Shown here: one piece after another, positions 56,590-64,000 of the stretch
Numbering within the stretch: the first letter of the stretch is position 1
Layout: the number at the start of each line of letters is the position of its first letter
NCBI GenBank assembly: GCA_040079515.1
Contig: JBEBKD010000003.1
Location: 68,165-132,164 of the forward strand
Source of the DNA: Lysobacteraceae bacterium
GTDB taxonomy: Bacteria; Pseudomonadota; Gammaproteobacteria; Xanthomonadales; Xanthomonadaceae
Reading direction: 5' to 3'
DNA length: 64,000 nt
Notes under the pieces: model-generated
The model's input: the letters and a program-made list of their open reading frames with translations, nothing else
Database searches by the model: none
Told to the model about the DNA's origin: nothing
Position numbers and translations under genes: made by a program

Positions 56590-57284
56590 ACGTGTTAACG
56601 GCCTCGCCCGCCAATCGATGTGCGGTGCGGGCGCTGTCGGCGCCGTCATGGACTTCGAGTGCGAGGCTGGCGATGCCGAGGGCACGCCCAGCTTCTATGT
56701 GCGCAGCACGAACGCGATGGGGCGCGTCGACCTCCGGCGATGGCAGGTCATGTCGACATGTATTCAGGCGCGTGCTTTCGCCGGGGCGGAAATCGGCCTG
56801 CGCTTCGTAGCCGACGCGAAAGGCTTTGTACTCGCTGTTGCCGATGAACTTCTGCTCGTAGGCTTCATCGAGCAATTCCGCACTCATCGACCGATGGACA
56901 TCGGGGTGATCGCGCATGATCTGTGGGGGGCGAAGTACTTGTCGTCCGACCAGATGCGGGTGATGCGACCGGCCTCTTGTTCTCTGGCGGCAACTTCCAG
57001 CATGGAGACTTCTCCGGCGCTTTTGGCGAAAGCGTGCCTGCGCGGAGGCGTTGTTCCATATCTGGCGCAGACAAGATCGGAATATTTCTGTCGGCGAGGT
57101 ACTGGCCAAGTTCCGCTTTGAGCGGACCATCCTCAATTTCGTCCAAGACCGTTTTTGTGATGGCGAATTCCCGTTGCTGTCCACTCACTGCGTTGATGTA
57201 TTCGTCCAGCGGCTCAGGGCCGCCCGTACGGCAGCAATAAACAAGGTTATTGGTATCAGCTAGGAAGTGTCCGTTGCTCATCAC
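56590..57284 (-). pseudogene. X-T4SS-effector-like 5' fragment with a PIN-like domain; two frameshifts, 3'-truncated
   Basis: FLADTNNLVY...FAITKTVLDEI, then after -1 shifts at the T4 (57021-24) and G6 (56925-30) runs AGEVSMLEVA...IWSDDKYF and GRALGIASLALEVHD; coding signal ends abruptly near 56590. Confidence 0.55.
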
Positions 57285-57286
57285 TC

Positions 57287-57712
57287 TTACCCTCGCTTTT
57301 CACGCAGCAGCGCTTGCATGTGATCGCGGAATTCACTTACCACGTTTCCGTTATCGGCATACGTCAAGTCAGGAATCCACTTGTCGACAAGACGACGAAC
57401 TCTCCACGACAGTTCGCTGTCGATTTCGTTGTTCTCTCGCTCCTGCCTGAGATATTCGGCATAGTCCTCAGGAATTTCTTGTCTGAAGCGCTCCACGAAG
57501 GCTAGCACCTCATCATCACGCCACTGACGCCACTGCACGCGCTGCGCCTCGGCCTTCGCAACGGATTCCGTGATGGCTAAAGATTGCTTCGTTGCTGGCC
57601 GTGCGTATCCCTGGCCGGTGAGCGCGCGAATGACTCTTTTCTTCACGCTGCCCTCCGGCAGCGCATCGATCCTGGCTTGTAGTTCGGCGCTGATTTGATT
57701 CTCTGTGGTCAT
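57287..57712 (-). CDS. Small helical protein, putative cognate immunity/antitoxin (141 aa)
   Basis: AGGA RBS; charged helical sequence; stop lies 2-5 nt before the toxin start, matching the immunity-then-effector order of X-Tfi/X-Tfe pairs. Confidence 0.55.
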   Translation of the reverse strand: MTTENQISAELQARIDALPEGSVKKRVIRALTGQGYARPATKQSLAITESVAKAEAQRVQWRQWRDDEVLAFVERFRQEIPEDYAEYLRQERENNEIDSELSWRVRRLVDKWIPDLTYADNGNVVSEFRDHMQALLREKRG

Positions 57713-57895
57713 GGTGCTGTCCTGTCGGGGGCGGCTGCCTGGTTCGGGCGGCGTCAGTCGAGTCAAGGCGACTTTGACAAACCATCAGGCAAGGTGACCC
57801 ACGGGGTCTACTGTACGGTTTAGCGGAAAATTCGCCGCGTTTCCCGCTCTGACCCGATGAAGCGATTGAAGTTGCGCATCGCGGCGGCGGCAGGG

Positions 57896-57911
57896 CTTGT
57901 TCAGACCTTCC
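57896..57911. mobile_element. Isolated IS5-like terminal inverted repeat
   Basis: CTTGTTCAGACCTTCC, reverse complement GGAAGGTCTGAACAAG, resembles the IS5 end GGAAGGTGCGAACAAG as recalled; no transposase attached. Confidence 0.45.
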
Positions 57912-57968
57912 TCGGCGAGCCGGCTGCCGGTTATGCTACGCTCGTACACGGACTCAAAGGAGTGCTCG

Positions 57969-58247
57969 ATGTCTGAAGCGGCCGCTTATAAAACGCTTGT
58001 GGAAATTTTCCGGGATGACCTTGCGATCGACCCTGCTCGTGTTCATCCGGATGCTTCGTTGATCGGTGAATTGGGGTTCGACTCCGTTGCCTTCGCGATC
58101 GGACTCGTGTCAATCGAGGAAAAGCTGGGCGTTACTCTCCAGCAGGACGAACTCATCGTCTGCAAAACCGTCAACGACGTCGCCCGGCTCATCGAAGAAA
58201 CGCGCAATCACGTCAGTGCGTCCAGCGCCGGCGTTCCCGCTGGATAA
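57969..58247 (+). CDS. mbtL: Acyl carrier protein, MbtL-like (92 aa)
   Basis: AAGGAG RBS; IFRDDLAID.ARV.PDA.L..ELGFDSVAFAIGLVSIEEKLGV.L...EL..C.TV matches mycobacterial MbtL as recalled; DSV phosphopantetheine Ser. Confidence 0.8.
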   Translation: MSEAAAYKTLVEIFRDDLAIDPARVHPDASLIGELGFDSVAFAIGLVSIEEKLGVTLQQDELIVCKTVNDVARLIEETRNHVSASSAGVPAG

Positions 58248-58319
58248 ATCCCCGGCCGCCAAGACGGACAATCCCCGCCACCGGTCGCGCAATGCCGGAA
58301 GATCAGGGTCGATCGAATC

Positions 58320-60014
58320 ATGAGCAGATTCACCGAAGAAGTTTTCACCTCTGCGACCGCGTCCGGCAAAGGACTGGTGACGGGCGAACCGCAGAATTCC
58401 CTCCGGCGCACGTGGAAGGAAGTCCATGAGATCGCACGGTGCATGGCGGGCTCGCTCGCATCGGTCGGCGTGAATCCGGGAGACGCGGTAGGTGTACTGA
58501 TCGGCGACCCCGCCAACATTGCGCCGGTGATTCAGGCCGTATGGATGCGCGGTGCGTCCGTGACGATGCTCCACCAACCCGGTCCGCGAACAGAGCTCGG
58601 CGCTTGGGCGGAAGATACATTCGCTGTGCTCGACATGATCGGCGCGAAGGTCGTTGTCGCGGGCGACGTCTTCGCACGCACCATGCCGCTCTTCGAAGCG
58701 CAGGGCACGTCTGTCGTGTCGGCGGAGATCCTGGCTGAGGGCAGTGCGCTCGAACCGGTCGATTGCGGCGAGGACGATATCGCGTTTCTGCAGCTGACGT
58801 CGGGCTCGACGGGGATTCCAAAGGCCGTGGCGATCTCGCATCGGAATCTCCACGAGAATGCGGCGGCGATGGTGAGCGCGTCGAAACTCGATCCGCAGAC
58901 CGATGTGCTGGTGAGTTGGCTGCCGCTCTTTCACGACATGGGCATGATCGGATTCCTCGTTCTGCCCATGCAGGTCGGCGCGGAGGCTATTTGCGCGACG
59001 CCGGACGCGTTCCTCAGATCGCCGCGGATTTGGCCATCACTGATATCCAAATACGGCGGGACGATGACCGCCGGACCGAACTTCGCGTATGCCCTTCTCG
59101 CCCGCTACCTGCGTTCGGCGCCCGACGGCGCGTTCGATCTGTCATCGCTGCGGTTCGTTCTCAACGGTGCCGAACCCATCGACCGGACGACTGTTGCCGC
59201 AGTGCTCGCGGCCGGAGCCAGATTCGGGCTTGATGGCGCGGCATTGGTCGCTGCGTATGGCATGGCGGAAGCCACGCTCGGCGTATCGTTTTCCCAGACA
59301 GGCGAGGGTGTGGAATTCGATACGGTCGATCAAGCCGCGATCGAAATCGAGTCGTATGCGGCGATCCGCACGGACGACGACGCGCGCCGTTTGGCCAAGC
59401 TGGGCAAACCATTGCCCGGCATCGAGATGCTTGTCGGCGATGCGGCGAGCGCCGGTACTAAGGCCCGTATGGTCGGCGAACTCAGAATCCGCGGTGGCGC
59501 CGTCTCGCGCTACTACCTCACTCCGAGCGGAAAGCAATCGCTTCTCGACGACGACGGGTGGTTCAGTACCGGAGACATCGGTTATGTCACCGAAACGGGC
59601 GATGTCGTCGTCTGCGGCCGATTGAAAGACATGATCATCGTGGCGGGACGAAACATCTTTCCCACCGATATCGAGCGGGCGGCCTGCCGCATCAGCGGCG
59701 TACGGCCGGGAAATGCCGTTGCCGTCGCCCTCGCCGCCACGGGAATCCGCGAAGAGTTCGCGGTCGTGGTCGAATCCAGCGACAATGCCGACGCCGAAGC
59801 GAACGCCCGTATCAAGAGCGAAGTGTCGGACGCTGTCTACGCGGCGTTCGGCGTCAGTCCCCGGCTCGTTTCAGTGGTCGCTCCGGGCACGCTGCCCAAA
59901 ACGCCATCGGGAAAACTGCGACGGTCCGCGACTCTCGGCATCGTCGAAACGGATTTGGCCCAGATGCACAGCGTGAACAGTCAACGACAACAGGAACGAG
60001 TCGGCTCATCATGA
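58320..60014 (+). CDS. mbtM: Fatty acyl-AMP ligase (MbtM/FadD33-like, actinobacterial type; 564 aa)
   Basis: FLQLTSGSTGIPK, SWLPLFHDMG, PNFAY, NGAEP, YGMAEAT, TGDIG, GRLKDMIIVAGRNIFP and LPKTPSGKLRR motifs; N-terminus MSRFTEE...GLVTGEP...TW.EVH...QAVWMRGASVTMLHQP resembles actinobacterial FAALs. Confidence 0.8.
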   Translation: MSRFTEEVFTSATASGKGLVTGEPQNSLRRTWKEVHEIARCMAGSLASVGVNPGDAVGVLIGDPANIAPVIQAVWMRGASVTMLHQPGPRTELGAWAEDTFAVLDMIGAKVVVAGDVFARTMPLFEAQGTSVVSAEILAEGSALEPVDCGEDDIAFLQLTSGSTGIPKAVAISHRNLHENAAAMVSASKLDPQTDVLVSWLPLFHDMGMIGFLVLPMQVGAEAICATPDAFLRSPRIWPSLISKYGGTMTAGPNFAYALLARYLRSAPDGAFDLSSLRFVLNGAEPIDRTTVAAVLAAGARFGLDGAALVAAYGMAEATLGVSFSQTGEGVEFDTVDQAAIEIESYAAIRTDDDARRLAKLGKPLPGIEMLVGDAASAGTKARMVGELRIRGGAVSRYYLTPSGKQSLLDDDGWFSTGDIGYVTETGDVVVCGRLKDMIIVAGRNIFPTDIERAACRISGVRPGNAVAVALAATGIREEFAVVVESSDNADAEANARIKSEVSDAVYAAFGVSPRLVSVVAPGTLPKTPSGKLRRSATLGIVETDLAQMHSVNSQRQQERVGSS

Positions 60015-61201
60015 CCATCCAGACCGAAGAATCGTTTTTCGACCTCGCCTCCTTCAAGGAACATCTGGACAAGATCTTCGCCTTGGAATCGACGCATCGG
60101 ATGCTCGAAGAGGCGGAACGGACGGGCATTTTCCCCCGCAGCTTCATCGAATTGCTGGGTCGCGAAGGTGTCTATGCCGCGAAGTGGCAGGATCGCGCGC
60201 AGCCTGCATTGGGGCACACGCTGGCCTTGGCCGAACGACTCGGCCGGCTCGGATCCGGCGGCGTCGCGACGGCCGCAACCCTGCACGATTCGGCGATCGC
60301 GATGCTTCGGCGGTTCGGGCGTTCCGTAGTTTTGCGGGATGTCGCCGATCAAGCGATCGCAGGCAAAGCGGTGTTGTGCATTTCCGCGACCGAAGCCGGT
60401 GCTGGCTCGGATATGCTCGGGCTCAGTTCGACGGCGGTTCGGGAGGAAGGCGGGTATCGCCTTCGCGGACACAAGAAGATGGCGTCGCCCTCGCCGTTCG
60501 CCGACTACATCCTGCTCGCGGTCCGCGGCATCGATCAGAGTCACGAAGGCCGCGATGACCTCGCGCTGTTCCTTGTACCGACTTCGCAGCTTCGTGTCGG
60601 CACGACATTCGACACGGTCGGCGCCAGAAGCATCAGTACCGCGCCCGTCTTCTTCGACACTTGGGTGCCCGCCGAGATGATGCTTGCCCGACCCGGAACC
60701 GGTCTGGCCGTGCTCAGTTGGGGCTTGACCCATGAGCGTTTCGCCATCGCAGCTCAGGTTCTCGGCGGCTGCGATCTCGCTCTGGGCATGACGGTCGCCC
60801 GGATGAAGAGACGGGAATCCTTCGGGGTCAAGCTTTTCGATCATCAGGCATTGCGACTGCGGATCGCCGACCTGCAGGCGCGGGTCGACATGATGCGATG
60901 GGGATTGCACGGCCTGATTGCGGATCCCGCCGGGCTCAACGTGCGATCTTCCGCAGCCGCAAAGGTCACCGCGGTTCGCCTCGCATGCGAAGTGATGTCC
61001 GAATGCATGCATATCTTCGGCAGCGCGGGCGCGATCGAGACGGAGTCGCCGCTGGGCCGCTGGTGGCGCGATATCAAGATGGCGCGTATCGGCGGCGGCA
61101 CGGACGAGGTGCTGTGGGAGATCGTGGCTGCCGGTCTGGAACCCGACTATGCGAGCTACGATCGACTGGTTCACGAATGGCGACCGGAGGCGGATCGCTG
61201 A
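60011..61201 (+). CDS. mbtN: Acyl-ACP/acyl-CoA dehydrogenase, MbtN/FadE14-like (396 aa)
   Basis: ATGA overlap; LHDSAIAMLRRFG, WGLTHER, HQALRLRIADLQARVD, SECMHIFG and WWRDIKMARIGGGTDEVLWEIVAAG match MbtN as recalled. Confidence 0.85.
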   Translation: MTIQTEESFFDLASFKEHLDKIFALESTHRMLEEAERTGIFPRSFIELLGREGVYAAKWQDRAQPALGHTLALAERLGRLGSGGVATAATLHDSAIAMLRRFGRSVVLRDVADQAIAGKAVLCISATEAGAGSDMLGLSSTAVREEGGYRLRGHKKMASPSPFADYILLAVRGIDQSHEGRDDLALFLVPTSQLRVGTTFDTVGARSISTAPVFFDTWVPAEMMLARPGTGLAVLSWGLTHERFAIAAQVLGGCDLALGMTVARMKRRESFGVKLFDHQALRLRIADLQARVDMMRWGLHGLIADPAGLNVRSSAAAKVTAVRLACEVMSECMHIFGSAGAIETESPLGRWWRDIKMARIGGGTDEVLWEIVAAGLEPDYASYDRLVHEWRPEADR

Positions 61202-61209
61202 ACTGCAGG

Positions 61210-62286
61210 TCAGGTCCGGCAGCGTTGCGCGACTGCCGCCCCCACATGTTCCGCATCGCGGCCGACGAAACCGAGCAGTGCCGACCCACGGTTCCGCATC
61301 CGGTACAGGCCGACGAAATGCAACCCGGACGCACCGATCCCTCCGTCGTGCTCCGGGAATCCGTCCGCGCCGAGCAGTTCCTCGCCCAGCCAGGACCAGT
61401 CGTTGCGGTATCCGGTCGCCCACACGACGGTCGATGCGTCGATCCGCTTGCCGTCGGCAGTGACGAGCTGCGCGCCTGCGACATCGACGACCCGCTCGGC
61501 GAAGCCGACGCATCGAGCGAGTTCGTCGATGTTCGTGCCGACGATGGGATCGGGCATCGCGAATCGTCGCGCGAGCGGTGTGTTCGTCGGTAGGCGCAGA
61601 ATTCCGGACTTGGACAACCACCAGAACGCATCGCGTCCCAGGATCCGCTGCGGCAGCCGGGGCTGCCTGCGGCCTCTGCAGACCACCACACCGTGGCTGC
61701 CCGACAACTCCTGTGCGATCTGCAGGCCCGAGTTCGCCGATCCGACGACAGCGACCCTGCCGGCAGGGATCTGTTCGGGATTACGGTAGGCGTGCGAATG
61801 CAACTGCGTGACGCTCGACGGAAGCCGTTGCGCATATTCGGGAATCAAGGGCGTCTGGAAAGCCCCGACAGCCATCACGACCTGGCGTGCGGTGATCGTT
61901 GTGTCCTGCGTGGCGACCGTGAAAACGCCGTCGGACCGACGGACCGAAACCACACGCTGGCCGAGATGGACCGGCAGGTCGAACGTCGCCGCGTAGGTCC
62001 GGAAATATTCGGGGACCTCGTCTTTTACGGGGTATCGATCCGGATCGCCGGGGAATGGCAGACCTGGCAGACCGCAAAACCGCGCCGATGTGAACAGCCG
62101 CAGGGAATCCCAGCGACGGGTCCACGAAACGCCAAGTTCGGTCGCGGCGTCGAGAATCACGAAGTCGACACCCGCTTGCTTGAGCGTATGCCCAACGGCG
62201 AGGCCGGCTTGGCCCGCACCGATCACGACGACATCGACATCGGCGGGAAGTTCGCTGCTGCTGTTGGATCTGCTTGCGCTTGACAT
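61210..62286 (-). CDS. Flavin-containing monooxygenase-like NAD(P)/FAD oxidoreductase (358 aa)
   Basis: VVVIGAGQAG, WTRRWDSLRLFT, FQTPLIP, HSHAYRNP, VVGSANSG and WATGY motifs; starts 2 nt after the NRPS stop. Confidence 0.85.
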   Translation of the reverse strand: MSSASRSNSSSELPADVDVVVIGAGQAGLAVGHTLKQAGVDFVILDAATELGVSWTRRWDSLRLFTSARFCGLPGLPFPGDPDRYPVKDEVPEYFRTYAATFDLPVHLGQRVVSVRRSDGVFTVATQDTTITARQVVMAVGAFQTPLIPEYAQRLPSSVTQLHSHAYRNPEQIPAGRVAVVGSANSGLQIAQELSGSHGVVVCRGRRQPRLPQRILGRDAFWWLSKSGILRLPTNTPLARRFAMPDPIVGTNIDELARCVGFAERVVDVAGAQLVTADGKRIDASTVVWATGYRNDWSWLGEELLGADGFPEHDGGIGASGLHFVGLYRMRNRGSALLGFVGRDAEHVGAAVAQRCRT

Positions 62287-62288
62287 GG

Positions 62289-64000
62289 TCACTCCGCGAC
62301 GCCCACCGGAACGAGCTCCCGGAATGCGGTTACGACTTCGGCGATATGCGTTGGGCTGAACAGGCTGTGGTGCGTGCCTGCCACGATGCGCGTCGTCACC
62401 GTGCCGCGGGTCCGGCTGGACCAGCCCCAATCGCCCATCGCCGTATCCGGATGCATCGCATACTCGCTGACCTGCCCATCGCGAGCCCGAACCAGAGCGA
62501 CATCCGCAGCGACGACAGGTGGCTTGTAGCTGCGGCATGCATTCACGATATGCGCGAACACCGGATAGACATGGTGGAGTTCCGCGGCGAGCAGATCGGC
62601 GCCGGCCGTGTCCTCCTTGAACCAGTCCTGCATTGTCGCCTCGTCGACGGGACCGGGAGGCGGATCCGTCGGCGCGGGGGCATCAAGCACGATCAACTGC
62701 GCCACCTGTTCTCCCGCAGCTTCGAGTTGCGCGGTCATCTCCAGCGCGATCACCGCGCCCGACGACCATCCCATGATCGTATACGGGCCCGCCGCCGCCG
62801 CGCGGACAGCGGCCACATAACCCTGCGCCAGCGCTTCCAGCGTGTCGGGCAGCGGCTCGCTCGCCGCCAGTCCGAAACAGGCGCGGTCGAGGTCGCGCGC
62901 CAGGTCCCGATACGCCGCGACCGATCCACCGGCCGGATGGACCATGAACAGCGCCGGCCCGGTGCCGGCGTGCAGCGGCACCAGAGCGTTGGAAAGTCGC
63001 TGTCCTGTCATCAGACTTGCGAGACGCGCGACCGTGCGCGATTCGAGCAGTCCGCCCAGGGACACATTGCGCCCGGTTCTCGAGCGCAGCGCGGCGACCG
63101 CACGCAACGCGGCGAACGAGTGCCCCCCGAGATTGAAAAAATCGTCGTCGACGCCGATGGTTTCGATGCCCAGCACCTCTTTCCATATTTCGACGATCGT
63201 GCGCTCCAGTTCGGTGCGTGGCGCCACATACTTCGCGCCGACATCGGCGGTCGTTTCCGTGAGCGCGAGAAGCGCGCCACGGTCGAGTTTGCCGTTGGAT
63301 GTGACGGGCAGACTCGCGACGACCGTGATTCGCCCCGGGATCATATAGCTCGGCAGCCGGTCCACCAGGCCCGCGCGGATGGACTCGCCATCGCTGGCGC
63401 ACCCGTGGAGCACGACGAACGCGTGGAGTTGCTTCTGTCTGGCCTCGCCGGCCACGACGACGGCGGCGTCCTTGACCCGCGGATCGGCCGCCAGCACGTA
63501 CTCGACCTCGCCGGGCTCCACCCGATGCCCCTGAATCTTGCATTGCGCGTCGATGCGCCCGATCAGCTCGATGTTGCCGTCGGGCAACAAGCGGCCGAGA
63601 TCGCCGGTGCGATAAATGCGCTCGCCTGTGGCCGGGTGGGTCACGAATGCCGCTGCGGTCTTTTCGGGATCGCCCCAGTAGCCTTGCGCCAAGCCGACGC
63701 CGCCGATATGCAGCTGCCCCGTCGTCCACATCGGCGTCTCGTTGCCCTGCTCGTCGAGGACGTACCAAGGTTGATTCGCCATCGGCCGTCCGTAGGGAAT
63801 GCTGCGCCACCGGGGATCGACCGCATCGATGGGGTACCAGATCGACCAGATCGATGCCTCCGTCGCGCCGCCGAGGCTGATCACCTTCGCGTTCGGCGCG
63901 ATCGCCTTGATGTCTTCGGGCAGAGAGACCGGAATCCAGTCGCCGGACAACATCACGATGCGCAGCGCGGGCAGTTCGACGCGCTCGGCACGCGCGACAT
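62289..64000 (-). CDS. NRPS terminal module (A domain C-half, PCP, thioesterase); 5' part is outside the window
   Basis: LRIVMLSGDWIP, SLGGATEASIWS, YRTGDLGR, GRID.QCKIQGHR and TSNGKLDR; PCP DDFFNLGGHS; TE HPAGG and GWSSG; frame is open to the window edge. Confidence 0.92.
   Translation of the reverse strand, partial: VARAERVELPALRIVMLSGDWIPVSLPEDIKAIAPNAKVISLGGATEASIWSIWYPIDAVDPRWRSIPYGRPMANQPWYVLDEQGNETPMWTTGQLHIGGVGLAQGYWGDPEKTAAAFVTHPATGERIYRTGDLGRLLPDGNIELIGRIDAQCKIQGHRVEPGEVEYVLAADPRVKDAAVVVAGEARQKQLHAFVVLHGCASDGESIRAGLVDRLPSYMIPGRITVVASLPVTSNGKLDRGALLALTETTADVGAKYVAPRTELERTIVEIWKEVLGIETIGVDDDFFNLGGHSFAALRAVAALRSRTGRNVSLGGLLESRTVARLASLMTGQRLSNALVPLHAGTGPALFMVHPAGGSVAAYRDLARDLDRACFGLAASEPLPDTLEALAQGYVAAVRAAAAGPYTIMGWSSGAVIALEMTAQLEAAGEQVAQLIVLDAPAPTDPPPGPVDEATMQDWFKEDTAGADLLAAELHHVYPVFAHIVNACRSYKPPVVAADVALVRARDGQVSEYAMHPDTAMGDWGWSSRTRGTVTTRIVAGTHHSLFSPTHIAEVVTAFRELVPVGVAE

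Noticed and set aside
56496-56600. AT-rich junction (GTTAACACGTTGAATAAAAGCGGAATTTTT) and hairpin truncating the PIN-like gene, as an IS end
   Set aside because: It clearly marks a junction, but I cannot assign it to an IS family or find a second end.
57803-57840. GGGGTC...CGGAAAAT as a Tn3-family inverted repeat
   Set aside because: Spacing differs from the 38-bp Tn3/Tn21 consensus as recalled, and no partner end or transposase is seen.

Overview
High-GC Xanthomonadaceae-like (Lysobacter-type) chromosomal window with two halves. Positions 1-38 kb are mostly intact chromosomal genes: the end of an e(P4)-type phosphatase, a lipoprotein plus plsB, three tandem ~1400-1580 aa secreted paralogues (each with exactly 21 RCC1/BLIP-II-type repeats, Ig-like domains and a PxKF-like C-terminus), a Cys-rich secreted protein, a LacI-regulated alpha-glucan (maltodextrin/pullulan) utilisation locus (TonB receptor, GH13 pullulanase, GH97, two MFS carriers, a double esterase, a tryptophan-halogenase-family protein and a DUF6445-like protein) and ubiA. 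From tRNA-Arg(CCG) at 38076 onward there is a composite genomic island, with further copies of the tRNA 3' end at 51909 and 53860. It carries (i) a dead serine-recombinase module; (ii) an intact, translationally coupled five-gene operon encoding a coiled-coil membrane protein, a possible GAP1-like protein, a membrane-anchored TRAFAC GTPase, a divergent SEDS (FtsW/RodA-like) protein and a penicillin-binding transpeptidase, which is the best candidate for an undescribed system; (iii) an IS5-family remnant; (iv) a Tat-exported flavin amine oxidase; (v) a decayed XVIPCD (X-T4SS) effector/immunity array with PIN-like and PD-(D/E)xK toxin domains; and (vi) an actinobacterial-type mbtL-mbtM-mbtN acylation cassette facing the 3' end of an NRPS (A-PCP-TE) with Cys-type A-domain features. 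All family assignments come from motif recognition by eye; no database searches were run.
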